From: Gemmatimonadota bacterium
GTDB taxonomy: Bacteria > Gemmatimonadota > Gemmatimonadetes > Gemmatimonadales > Gemmatimonadaceae
Length of the DNA stretch: 41,938 nucleotides
Direction: 5' to 3'
Assembly: GCA_040389905.1 (NCBI GenBank)
Contig: JAZJZK010000040.1
Span: 1-41,938, forward strand
A program made the position numbers and the translations under genes. Below the pieces are notes generated by a model, which was given only the letters and a program-made list of their open reading frames with translations, ran no database searches and was not told the origin of the DNA. Below are positions 28,104 through 39,077 of the stretch, piece by piece; position 1 is the first letter of the stretch; every line of letters begins with the position of its first letter.

Positions 28104-28146
28104 AGGGTAACAGTCGTTGGACACACGCGGTGACCGAAACGTTTTA
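28104..28146 (-). promoter_or_regulatory. ECF-like promoter with degenerate operator upstream of the second blaI
   Basis: Minus strand reads TAAAAC-gtttcggtcaccgcgt(16 nt)-GTGTCCAACGacTGTTaccc, with the same geometry as the two promoters at 22.7 kb. Confidence 0.75.
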
Positions 28147-28166
28147 CCTTGCCCTGTGTGGCCGTC

Positions 28167-28901
28167 ATGAAAATGTACCTTCAATTCATCCGGAACATTC
28201 GCGCGCGGGGTCCCGATGTTCCCTTCATCGTGGACGCGTTCCGTCACGCAGTTTCGAGCCGATGGGATCTTGCTTCCGGTTCGAAGTTTTCGACCTTGTA
28301 TCGTCAGGTCCACGCGTACTCGATGTGCAGCAGCTTCCGACTCAGGTCACTGCGCGCCGCCGTGACTCGCGTCGTCGAGGCAGGCATTCCGGGAGCCATT
28401 GTCGAGTGTGGTGTTGCTCGCGGCGGCAGTGCGGCACTGATGGGACTTACCTTGCGCGAGCTCAGTGCGCGACGAGATATCTGGCTTTTCGATACCTTCG
28501 AGGGGCTACCCGCGCCAACGCGGGCCGACCCGGACTTCGACATTGCCGTGCCATACACCGGAACGTGTGTCGGAACGCTCGACGAGGTCGGCGAGCTATT
28601 TGCTCGGCTTGGTCTACAGGACGACGTGCATTTCGTGAAGGGATTGTTCCGCCACACGATTCCGTGCGCCGATACGGGGAACATCGCGGTTCTGCATATC
28701 GATGGCGACTGGTATGACAGCGTCAAGTCGTCGCTCGATCTTCTCTACGATCGTGTGTCACCCGGCGGACTGATTCAGTTCGACGATTTCGGGTTCTGGG
28801 CAGGGGCACGCAAGGCGGTGGAGGACTTCATGCGTGAGCGCGACATTCACACCGCGCTTCAGCACATCGATCATTCGGGACGTCTCCTCGTGAAACAATG
28901 A
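28167..28901 (+). CDS. TylF/MycF/NovP-family O-methyltransferase
   Basis: G.IVECGV.RGGS, FDTFEGLP, VKGLF..TIP, LHIDGDWYDS and DDFG.W.GA..AV motifs. Confidence 0.9.
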   Translation: MKMYLQFIRNIRARGPDVPFIVDAFRHAVSSRWDLASGSKFSTLYRQVHAYSMCSSFRLRSLRAAVTRVVEAGIPGAIVECGVARGGSAALMGLTLRELSARRDIWLFDTFEGLPAPTRADPDFDIAVPYTGTCVGTLDEVGELFARLGLQDDVHFVKGLFRHTIPCADTGNIAVLHIDGDWYDSVKSSLDLLYDRVSPGGLIQFDDFGFWAGARKAVEDFMRERDIHTALQHIDHSGRLLVKQ

Positions 28902-28932
28902 GCGACGGCCGCGGATGGCTGGAGGAATACGG

Positions 28933-29688
28933 TTAGAAGTGGCCGCTCGCGGGACCTGACAGCGACCGACTGCCAGCGGGCGCGCGAACGAGCACGCGCC
29001 GGGCGTGCGGTGCCACGCCGACCTCGCGCGCCTTCGCCCGGAATTGCGGGCCATGATCGATCGGCCGGCCCGTCTCATCCTGCCATTGGTGAACCATCTC
29101 ATGGAGCAGTGTGTGGAGTGCCTCCGTCCACCCATGCCGCTTGATGTGCGTGCGGCTGATCGCGATCTCCGGTTCGTCGGAGCCGGGGATTCCGGCGGAG
29201 TAGTGGCCAAGCCTGCTCTTCATTCGACGCGACACGCGAACGGGCACTGGTTTGAGCTGGCCGTCGAAGTGCCGAATGTTCAAGCGGTGGTGCCACTCGC
29301 GAATGCGCTGCGCGAGTTCCTCGTCGTCAGCGTGGCTCCTTTCGCGCCGCGGCCGGGCGATGTCCACTTCGATCGGGTGGGTGATGATCACCCGCTTTGC
29401 GGCACGACGTTCGGCCTTGGTTCGCCCTTCGACGAACACGACGATCGCGCGCAGGACTGGCTCCGGCGCATTGAGATAGCCCTCGTTGACGCGGAGCGCG
29501 CCCCCTCCGAAGCTCACCATCACATTCCGATTGTGCGTGAGGCGCAGCCGTTTGATCTGGCGAAGGCCGAGCTGCGCCAGACGCTGCAACAACTCGTCGC
29601 CATTCCTTGGTGCCGCGACGGTAAGCGCCAGCTCGAGTTGTGAGGTCGCCGGCGTGCGGCGAAACAGCTTCGTCAGCGCGCGAAGCAC
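28933..29688 (-). CDS. SprT-like domain metalloprotease
   Basis: N..HF.G.L, RMKSRLG, TLLHEMVH (HExxH) and HGPQF motifs. Probable GTG start at 29688. Confidence 0.87.
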   Translation of the reverse strand: MLRALTKLFRRTPATSQLELALTVAAPRNGDELLQRLAQLGLRQIKRLRLTHNRNVMVSFGGGALRVNEGYLNAPEPVLRAIVVFVEGRTKAERRAAKRVIITHPIEVDIARPRRERSHADDEELAQRIREWHHRLNIRHFDGQLKPVPVRVSRRMKSRLGHYSAGIPGSDEPEIAISRTHIKRHGWTEALHTLLHEMVHQWQDETGRPIDHGPQFRAKAREVGVAPHARRVLVRAPAGSRSLSGPASGHF

Positions 29689-30500
29689 TTGGTCGGCCCC
29701 GGGACGAAGCTGTGGTCGGCGTTTGACCAGACGAGGGTGGAGACCTCGATCTTGTCCGCCGAGAGCCGGATGCTGTTCACAGACGATGGCCGGCCGCCGC
29801 GCATCCGGTTCGACACGGTGCCCGCCGTGGAGATGACCGTGCCCTTCTTCGTATGCTCGATGTAGTGAATGGCGTCCTGATGATCGTGGCCGCACAGGAC
29901 GACATCGACCGACATGTCGGCGAACGCACCGAGCACGCGGGCCGTGTGCTTGAGCCCGTGCCGTTGCGATAATTCGCCTTTCACCGGGTTGTGGTGCATG
30001 ACTACAACGCGAATATCGCTTGCCGGCGCGGCCGTGAAGATTCGCCGAAGACGGTCGATCTGCTCCTTCGTCACGATGCCGATGATCGAGATGTCACGCA
30101 GTCGCCACGTCAGCGTGTTTCTCGTCACGCCATGCGACGTATTGAGTCCCACCAAGGTGACACCCGGCACGCGAAGCACCGGCTCGATCTCGTCACCGAT
30201 AAAGCGACGGTAGGCCTCCAGCATGCGGGAGTCATCGCCCACACTGAACGGCGACTTCCACCACGCGACGTCGTGATTCCCAGGGATGCAGATGACTTTG
30301 CTCGTCTCCTCGGCGTGCTTGATGAAGGCGCGCGCGCGCTGGAATTCTCCGGCGCGCGCACGTTGGGAGACATCCCCCGAAATCGCGACGACGTCATACC
30401 GAAATTCGTGAATCAGCGCTTCCATCGCCTCGTACTGCTCGGGCACAGCTGGGTGACCGAAATGCAGATCAGAGCAATGAAAGACGGTGGTCGTGGTCAC
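29673..30500 (-). CDS. Calcineurin-like metallophosphoesterase (CpdA-like)
   Basis: SDLHFG, SGD, PGNHD, HHNP and GHDH motifs. Confidence 0.92.
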   Translation of the reverse strand: MTTTTVFHCSDLHFGHPAVPEQYEAMEALIHEFRYDVVAISGDVSQRARAGEFQRARAFIKHAEETSKVICIPGNHDVAWWKSPFSVGDDSRMLEAYRRFIGDEIEPVLRVPGVTLVGLNTSHGVTRNTLTWRLRDISIIGIVTKEQIDRLRRIFTAAPASDIRVVVMHHNPVKGELSQRHGLKHTARVLGAFADMSVDVVLCGHDHQDAIHYIEHTKKGTVISTAGTVSNRMRGGRPSSVNSIRLSADKIEVSTLVWSNADHSFVPGPTKCFAR

Positions 30501-31507
30501 AGACGCGAGATGATGGCATCGGTGAACTGGTCCGTGCTCGCACTCCCGCCGAGATCACCCGTCACGGTCTTCTTTTCACGAACGGTCGCTTCGAAGGCAT
30601 CCCGTATGCGGCGTGCACGCGCGCCGTCATTCATGTACTCGAGCATCATGCACGCGGCGAGCAGGAGCGCTCCCGGGTTCGCCACGCCCTTGCCGGCAAT
30701 ATCAGGGGCGGTTCCGTGCACCGCCTCGAAGATGGCGCCGCCCTGGCCGATGTTCGCGCCCGGTGCCAGCCCCAACCCTCCGACGAGCCCGGAGATCTGG
30801 TCCGACAGGATGTCGCCAAAGAGATTCGTCGTCACGATGACGTCGAACTTTTCGGGGTGTAGCACGAGGTTCATCGCCGTGGCGTCCACGATCATTTCCG
30901 CGAACTCGATGTTCGCGTATTCGCGGGCGACCATGCGACCCACTTCCAGGAACAGTCCCTGCGAATACTTGAGAATGTTCGCCTTGTGGACCAGCGTGAC
31001 CTTCTTGCGTCCGTGCTTGCACGCATAGTCGAACGCATAGCGAACGATGCGCTCGGAACCGACGCGCGTGATCAGCGCAATCGATTCTGCGGCGGCCTTG
31101 GGGTCGCTGCCGATCTTGATGTAATGCTCGTTGCCGACGTACAGCCCCTCCGTGTTCTCGCGGATGAGTACGATGTCGATGCCCTCGTACCTCCCGCCCG
31201 GCACGATGGTCCGCGCCGGGCGCACGTTCGCATAGAGATCGAAGGTTTTTCGCAGCGAGACGTTGATGGAGCGGAAGCCCTCGCCAACAGGTGTCTCGAG
31301 AGGGCCCTTCAATGCAATGCGCGTGCGGCGAATGGAGTCGAGCGTCGCGTCGGGAATGGGGTCCCCGTACTGGGTTACTCCGGCCATCCCCGCCTGCTGC
31401 GTATCCCACGTGATCTCCGCCCCAGCGGCTTCCAGGATGCGGACGGTGGCGCTGCTGATCGACGGTCCGATACCGTCGCCTGGAATGAGTGTGACTGGCG
31501 TGCCCAT
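30497..31507 (-). CDS. Isocitrate/isopropylmalate dehydrogenase family protein (short NAD-dependent IDH type)
   Basis: IPGDGIGP, KGPL.TP.G.GFRSINV.LR, RENTEGLY, HKANI, NLFGDILSD and FEAVHGTAPDIAGK motifs. Confidence 0.93.
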   Translation of the reverse strand: MGTPVTLIPGDGIGPSISSATVRILEAAGAEITWDTQQAGMAGVTQYGDPIPDATLDSIRRTRIALKGPLETPVGEGFRSINVSLRKTFDLYANVRPARTIVPGGRYEGIDIVLIRENTEGLYVGNEHYIKIGSDPKAAAESIALITRVGSERIVRYAFDYACKHGRKKVTLVHKANILKYSQGLFLEVGRMVAREYANIEFAEMIVDATAMNLVLHPEKFDVIVTTNLFGDILSDQISGLVGGLGLAPGANIGQGGAIFEAVHGTAPDIAGKGVANPGALLLAACMMLEYMNDGARARRIRDAFEATVREKKTVTGDLGGSASTDQFTDAIISRL

Positions 31508-31527
31508 GATTCCTATGTCAAGTCGGC

Positions 31528-32193
31528 TCAGGGAGCCGTGATCAGGTCTGCAAAGTGCGCGGCGAGATTGGTCAGCACCGCGGGGGAAAGTTCCGACACT
31601 GGATCGCTCCGAACGGCCCCGATCCAGCGAACGTCTCCGAGTCGTCCGTCCAACAGCGCGACGCGCAGCACCGCGATCCCCTGCCCGGTGGGTGTCCGTT
31701 CGAAATGCAGCTGAACGGGCACGAGCACCGCGCGCGCACCTTCCTGAAGAGCAATCATTGTGCGCAACTGTGTTGCGAGGGGGTCTCCCAGTTGCGCTCC
31801 AGAGACGATGCCAGGGTTTCGCAACACGTTGACCCCCATGGAATATGGATCAACGGCGTACGTCGGGTTCGCCTTGAGCGCTCGCACAAGGTCGGGCGGA
31901 TAGATCCACTGCGTCTTGAGCCCGCGTTCGCCGAGCGCCGCGGCGATTTCGTCATCGAGCGACTTGAGGTAGTCGCGCGGCTTCGGAATTTGCGTGGCCC
32001 AGCCGAGCGCATCACCGGCGGCGATGCTGAAGGCTGGTGTGACGATGACGCGCTGGGCGGCAAGGTTCGCGAGCGGGCGGAGTGGCTGCGGGACCGGGGC
32101 CTGCTCGGCGGGTGGTTTCTGTCCGCCGCCGCACGCGAGCAGAACCAGCGCAAAACTCGGAAGCAGTAGGGCGGATCGAAGCACAGGTGGCAC
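31528..32193 (-). CDS. Hypothetical lipoprotein
   Basis: Lipobox LVLLAC followed by GGG and a Pro-rich linker. GTG start at 32193 or 32184. The longer upstream ORF is antisense to cstA. Confidence 0.7.
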   Translation of the reverse strand: MPPVLRSALLLPSFALVLLACGGGQKPPAEQAPVPQPLRPLANLAAQRVIVTPAFSIAAGDALGWATQIPKPRDYLKSLDDEIAAALGERGLKTQWIYPPDLVRALKANPTYAVDPYSMGVNVLRNPGIVSGAQLGDPLATQLRTMIALQEGARAVLVPVQLHFERTPTGQGIAVLRVALLDGRLGDVRWIGAVRSDPVSELSPAVLTNLAAHFADLITAP

Positions 32194-32295
32194 TTGGCGA
32201 AGGGGTCGCCGAAAGCTAACCGAGCAGCACAGACCGAGCGACGGCTGACCGATAGGTGATTGACCCTCACCGCTCCGCGCGGCACTTTGGCGGTC

Positions 32296-34389
<2,094 letters not shown>

Positions 34390-34396
34390 TGCCAAC

Positions 34397-34442
34397 GCTC
34401 GTTCTGTCGCCCTGAGCGTTAGCGAAGGGTGACAAAACGGGC
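34397..34442 (+). repeat. REP-like hairpin, same family as 7735-7761
   Basis: GCTCGTTCTGTCGCCCT-gagcgttagcga-AGGGTGACAAAACGGGC. Core TGTCGCCCTGAGCGTTAGCGAAGGGT. Confidence 0.7.
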
Positions 34443-34478
34443 GTAACTGCAAAACCCAAATCGTCTATCGCATCACCT

Positions 34479-36836
34479 ATGCGTTTCATTTCAGCAACAC
34501 TATTCGCAGCAACCGTCGCGCTCTCGCTCTCAGCGCAGGGGCCAGCGCGCGTCTCATCCGGAGAAGGATTCGACTTCTCCATCAAGAACATCATGCGCGG
34601 ACCGGAACTGTACGGCCGCGCGCCCACCAATGTTCGCTGGAGCGCCGACGGCAAGTGGATTCACTTCCTCTGGAACGAACCGGGCACCGATTGCCGTGAG
34701 CCGCTGCGGCCATATCGCGTGCGGGCGGTCGCGGGATCCACGCCGGAACGCCTGACGCTTGCGCAGGCAGACTCCTCGCTTCCATATACGAACGACGGAA
34801 CGCTGTCACCGGACGGAAAGCTCCGCGCCGTCGATGCCCAGGGTGATCTCTACCTGATCAGTGTGCGCGATGGTTCCGCGCGCCGGCTGACACAAACGGT
34901 CGCGACCGAAACGCATCCGAGCTTCTCGAGCGACGGAAAGACGTTGTACTTCCTGCGTGACGCCAATGCCTACGCGCTCACGATCGACGGCGGGGCGATT
35001 CGTCAGCTCACCGACATCCGTCAGGGCGGCGCACGGTCGGATTCGGCGAAGGCGGTGGGTCAGCTTGGTCGGCTGGAACAGCAGCAACGCGACTTGTTCG
35101 AGGTCATTCGCGATCGCGCCGCCGCTGACAGCGCGTCGAGAGCGGACCGCCGGTCACGCGAACTCGCGGCCCTTCAGCCAATCAACATCGCGGCGACCGA
35201 ACGCGTGAACGCTATCGAGGTCTCACCGAACGGGAAGGCGGCCATCGTTGTCGTCGCCCAGAACGCGGCCACGACTCGCTCGGCGGAGGTTCCGCAGTTC
35301 GTCACGAGCACCGGCTACGTCGAGAACATCCGTGGCCGCACCAAGGTCGGCGACGCGCAGGGAAAGTCACGCGTACTCTGGGTGTCGCTCGTCACCGGCA
35401 AGGCTACACCGCTCAAGGTGTTCGCCACCGACACCACGACTGGCTTCACGAACATCGGCGCGTGGAGCGATGACGGAGCGCGTGCCGTCCTTTACGCGTT
35501 TCCAACCAATCACAAGTCACGAATCCTGTACACCGTTCGCAGCGATACGGCGACGCTCACGGAGATTGAAACGCTGCGTGACACCGCATGGGTTGGGGGT
35601 CCGTGTTCTTCGTGCGCGGGCTTTCTCGACGGTGGCACGCGTGTCTGGTTCGTGTCGGAGAGTTCCGGTTACGCACAGCTCTACTCGGCGAATGCCGCGG
35701 GCGGTGACGTCAAGCCGCTCACGACGGGCAAGTGGGAAGTCCTCAGCGCCGAGCTGGCGCCGGACAAGAAGGAGTTCTATCTCACCACAAGCGAGCCGTC
35801 GTCCAACGAAAAACAGTTCTACCGGATGAACGTTGCGACCGGCGCACGTACCCGCATGACCACGGCGTCTGGTGGCCACGCCGTCGTCGTCTCTCCCGAT
35901 GGGAAATCGATCGCGGATGTGTACTCGTTCACCAATCAGCCCCCTGATCTTTTTCTCCAGGCGAACGCGCCGAACGCGACACCGGCACGATTGACGACCT
36001 CGCCGAGCGCGGAGTGGCTCAAGGGTCCGTGGATTGCGCCGGAAATCGTGCAAATCCCGGCATCGGATGGGATCAACGTCCCCGCGCACATCTATCGTCC
36101 GCAGGACATGGGCGCGCAGCCGAATGGCGCGGCGGTCATCTTCGTACATGGCGCCGGCTATCTGCACAACGTTGGCAACTTCTGGTCGGAGTACCCGCGC
36201 GAATACATGTTCAACCAGTATCTCGCGAAACATGGCTACGTCGTGCTCGACGTCGACTACCGCGCATCATCGGGATATGGGCGTGATTGGCGCACGGCGA
36301 TCTATCGCTGGATGGGTGGGCGCGACCTTCAGGATCACGTCGATGCGTCGAAATGGCTCACGAGGACGTACGGTATTCCCGGCAACCGGATCGGATTGTA
36401 CGGCGGGAGCTATGGCGGCTTCATGACGTTGATGGCGCTGTTCACGGCGCCCGACTACTTCGGTGCCGGCGCCGGGTTACGCTCCGTGACCGATTGGGCG
36501 CACTACAACGAGGGTTACACCTCGGCGATTCTCAACCGGCCGCAGGACGACACGCTCGCCTACCACCGTTCATCGCCGATCTATTACGCGGAGGGCTTGC
36601 GGGCGCCGCTGCTCATGGCGCATGGCATGGTTGACGTCAACGTGATGTATCAGGACATCGTCCGGCTCGAGCAGCGCCTCATCGAGCTCGGCAAGACGGA
36701 TTGGGAGCTCGCGTCATATCCGGTGGAGGATCACGGCTTCGTGCGGCCCTCGTCGTGGACGGATGAATACCGCAGGATCTTCGAACTCTTCGAGCGCTCG
36801 ATCGCTAGACCGGGAGGTGCGGTGAAGAAACCATGA
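34479..36836 (+). CDS. S9 family serine peptidase (prolyl oligopeptidase / DPP-IV-like)
   Basis: Signal peptide, beta-propeller repeats, GGSYGG nucleophile, HGMVD and EDHGF (Ser-Asp-His triad). Confidence 0.93.
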   Translation: MRFISATLFAATVALSLSAQGPARVSSGEGFDFSIKNIMRGPELYGRAPTNVRWSADGKWIHFLWNEPGTDCREPLRPYRVRAVAGSTPERLTLAQADSSLPYTNDGTLSPDGKLRAVDAQGDLYLISVRDGSARRLTQTVATETHPSFSSDGKTLYFLRDANAYALTIDGGAIRQLTDIRQGGARSDSAKAVGQLGRLEQQQRDLFEVIRDRAAADSASRADRRSRELAALQPINIAATERVNAIEVSPNGKAAIVVVAQNAATTRSAEVPQFVTSTGYVENIRGRTKVGDAQGKSRVLWVSLVTGKATPLKVFATDTTTGFTNIGAWSDDGARAVLYAFPTNHKSRILYTVRSDTATLTEIETLRDTAWVGGPCSSCAGFLDGGTRVWFVSESSGYAQLYSANAAGGDVKPLTTGKWEVLSAELAPDKKEFYLTTSEPSSNEKQFYRMNVATGARTRMTTASGGHAVVVSPDGKSIADVYSFTNQPPDLFLQANAPNATPARLTTSPSAEWLKGPWIAPEIVQIPASDGINVPAHIYRPQDMGAQPNGAAVIFVHGAGYLHNVGNFWSEYPREYMFNQYLAKHGYVVLDVDYRASSGYGRDWRTAIYRWMGGRDLQDHVDASKWLTRTYGIPGNRIGLYGGSYGGFMTLMALFTAPDYFGAGAGLRSVTDWAHYNEGYTSAILNRPQDDTLAYHRSSPIYYAEGLRAPLLMAHGMVDVNVMYQDIVRLEQRLIELGKTDWELASYPVEDHGFVRPSSWTDEYRRIFELFERSIARPGGAVKKP

Positions 36837-37012
36837 TCACGCTCGCACGCGTTGCCGCGATCATCCGGCGCATCATCGGTGTGCCGGATTACGACGCGTA
36901 TCTAGCGCACGCAAGGAAGTGTCATCCGGAACGGGCGCCGATGACAAACGCCGAGTTTCAGCGCGACACGCTGGTGCGGCGGTATTCCACTCCGGGCAAT
37001 CGCTGTTGTTGA
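36833..37012 (+). CDS. ybdD: YbdD/YjiX (DUF466) CstA-associated small protein
   Basis: Manually translated as MITLARVAAIIRRIIGVPDYDAYLAHARKCHPERAPMTNAEFQRDTLVRRYSTPGNRCC* (59 aa), with the G.PDY..Y..H...HP..P.M...EF...RY...RCC signature. ATGA overlap with the S9 gene. Absent from the ORF track. Confidence 0.92.
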   Translation: MITLARVAAIIRRIIGVPDYDAYLAHARKCHPERAPMTNAEFQRDTLVRRYSTPGNRCC

Positions 37013-37028
37013 TGAAGCACGCGCGGAC

Positions 37029-38963
37029 ATGAGCGCGTCATCTTCCGAGTTTCTCGGCCTCCAGGAGGTCGTCGCCGGCCGATACTCGCTCGAACGCGAA
37101 ATCGGCCGTGGCGGAATGGGCATCGTGTTCCTCGCGCGCGATGTGGCGCTCGAGCGTCCGGTGGCGATCAAGCTGCTGCCGCGGCACATGGCCGCTGATG
37201 ATGCGCTGCGTGAACGTTTTCTCCGCGAGGCGAGGACCGCCGCGCAGTTGATGCACCCGCACATCATACCGATCCACGCCGTCGAAGCGCACGACGACAT
37301 CGTCTTTTTCGTCATGGCGTTCGTCGAGGGTGAAACACTCGCGGAGCGCTTCAGGCGTATCGGCGTCATGAAGCCGGCGGACGCGATGCGCCTCATGCAG
37401 GAAGTCGCGTGGGCGCTCAGCTACGCGCACGGACGCGGGATTGTACACCGCGACGTAAAGCCCGACAACATTCTCATCGAGCATGCGTCGGGCCGCGCGA
37501 TGGTCGCGGACTTCGGAATCGCACGCGTCGCGAACCGCAACACGCTCTCGTCGGACGGCGCGCTCATGGGGACGGTCCAGTACATGAGTCCCGAACAGGC
37601 GGGCGTAGAGGATGTGGACGGACGGAGCGACGTGTATTCCCTTGGCGCCACCCTGTATTTCGCGGTCACCGGATCCTCGCCAGTGGAGGCGCCGACGATG
37701 CCGGCGATGCTGGCGAGACTGATGAACGACGAGCCGGCCTCGGTGGCAAGCCTCCGCCCCGAACTTCCGTCGCCGTTCGCGGGCGCGGTGATGCGCTGCC
37801 TCGCTAAGCGCCGCGACGACCGCTTCCCGTCGGCCGATGCGCTGGCTGCGTCCCTGCAGGACATGATGCCGCGCGTCCACGTCCTGCGCCCGGAAATCAG
37901 GGCGTTGCTGCGCGAGATCAACTCGGCGGTGATGTTCCTCGTCGCGGGCGTCGCGGGTGCGCTGATCCTGTCCACGCTCATCCTCACGAACACGGTTCCG
38001 CGAGATGCGTGGCCTGGCGTGGCGCTCATTGCTTTCGGATGCCCTTTCCTGTTCGCCATGGTGTCGCTCGGCGGGCTGCTCCAGATCGCACGAGCGCGTA
38101 TTCCACGGGCCGATGTCGACTCCGCCATTACCGACGAGCTCGAGGACATGAACGAGGCGACCCGGCGCGCGCAAAGCCAGGTCTCCGAACGTTACACGGT
38201 CCGTGTGTTCCAGGGATTTGGCGCTCTCTGTGCCCTCGGTTCGCCATGGGTGGCGTACCGCTATTGGGCGTTCATCAAGATCGTGCCGGAAGCGGAGCGC
38301 TCCCTCGAGTGGTACCTGCCGTTCGCTCTATTCGCCGCCTACTTCGTTTGGGGAAGTACGCTGCTCCTGTCGCTGCGACCCAATCGACCGCTCCCCAAAT
38401 GGCTGAAAGGCGGTAAGGGTGGCGGCAACTACATCAACGCATGGCCGCTTCGTGCAATCCGCGCGTTCACGCGCGGTCGCGTGGCGGGTTGGATGTTCTC
38501 GAAGTTCGGCGGTGCCGACGTTCGTCAGAGCCCGGGCACGCTCCCGACGGCCACAGTGCTCCTCAATCGCGTGCAGGAGCTTGTCGCCCTACTGCCACCG
38601 GATCTTCAGAAGCGGTTGGCTGATGTGCTTCCCGCAGCCACGGCGCTCGAGCGAGCCACTGCGGCGCTCCGCAGCCACATCGGACGACTCGATGCCGCGA
38701 TGGGGGAAATTCCGCTCCTGAGTCCGGCCCGCGAAGAATTCACGACGGCACGCACGCGGGCTGCCGATCGTCTCGAACAGTGTGTCGGCGCGCTCGAAGT
38801 GCTGCGAACGGACTGTCTCCGCCTCGGTGCCGGTCTGATCGCCGCCGAGGGGGTGACGGCAGAATTGGACAGGGTACGGGAGCTGAGCACGATCATCGAT
38901 GCGGAGTTGCACGGGATCGACGAGTCCCGTCGCATCGTATCGAGCGACAACGAATCGAATTGA
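37029..38963 (+). CDS. Hanks-type Ser/Thr protein kinase with TM helices
   Basis: IGRGGMG, VAIK, HRDVKPDN, DFG, GTVQYMSPEQ and DVYSLG motifs, about 4 TM segments and a helical C-terminus. Confidence 0.95.
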   Translation: MSASSSEFLGLQEVVAGRYSLEREIGRGGMGIVFLARDVALERPVAIKLLPRHMAADDALRERFLREARTAAQLMHPHIIPIHAVEAHDDIVFFVMAFVEGETLAERFRRIGVMKPADAMRLMQEVAWALSYAHGRGIVHRDVKPDNILIEHASGRAMVADFGIARVANRNTLSSDGALMGTVQYMSPEQAGVEDVDGRSDVYSLGATLYFAVTGSSPVEAPTMPAMLARLMNDEPASVASLRPELPSPFAGAVMRCLAKRRDDRFPSADALAASLQDMMPRVHVLRPEIRALLREINSAVMFLVAGVAGALILSTLILTNTVPRDAWPGVALIAFGCPFLFAMVSLGGLLQIARARIPRADVDSAITDELEDMNEATRRAQSQVSERYTVRVFQGFGALCALGSPWVAYRYWAFIKIVPEAERSLEWYLPFALFAAYFVWGSTLLLSLRPNRPLPKWLKGGKGGGNYINAWPLRAIRAFTRGRVAGWMFSKFGGADVRQSPGTLPTATVLLNRVQELVALLPPDLQKRLADVLPAATALERATAALRSHIGRLDAAMGEIPLLSPAREEFTTARTRAADRLEQCVGALEVLRTDCLRLGAGLIAAEGVTAELDRVRELSTIIDAELHGIDESRRIVSSDNESN

Positions 38964-39077
38964 CCGTCGAGGTCGGGGTTTTTCCAGCCCTCGCGCATGC
39001 GCCAGCAGAAGCCATACTTCATGCGTAGGCATTCATACCCCCGAACGCTCGACGTCCCTCTCGTGACCCCCACCTAT

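Noticed and set aside
37004..37015. Selenocysteine read-through at the ybdD TGA (family annotated as putative selenoprotein)
   Set aside because: The protein already ends in the full RCC motif with Cys codons, a second TGA follows immediately, and I see no convincing SECIS.
38965..39053. Long-range pairing GTCGAG.TCGGGG / CCCCGA..CTCGAC as an ncRNA
   Set aside because: Pairing is imperfect and GC-driven, the interior is unstructured, and it matches no RNA family I recognise.
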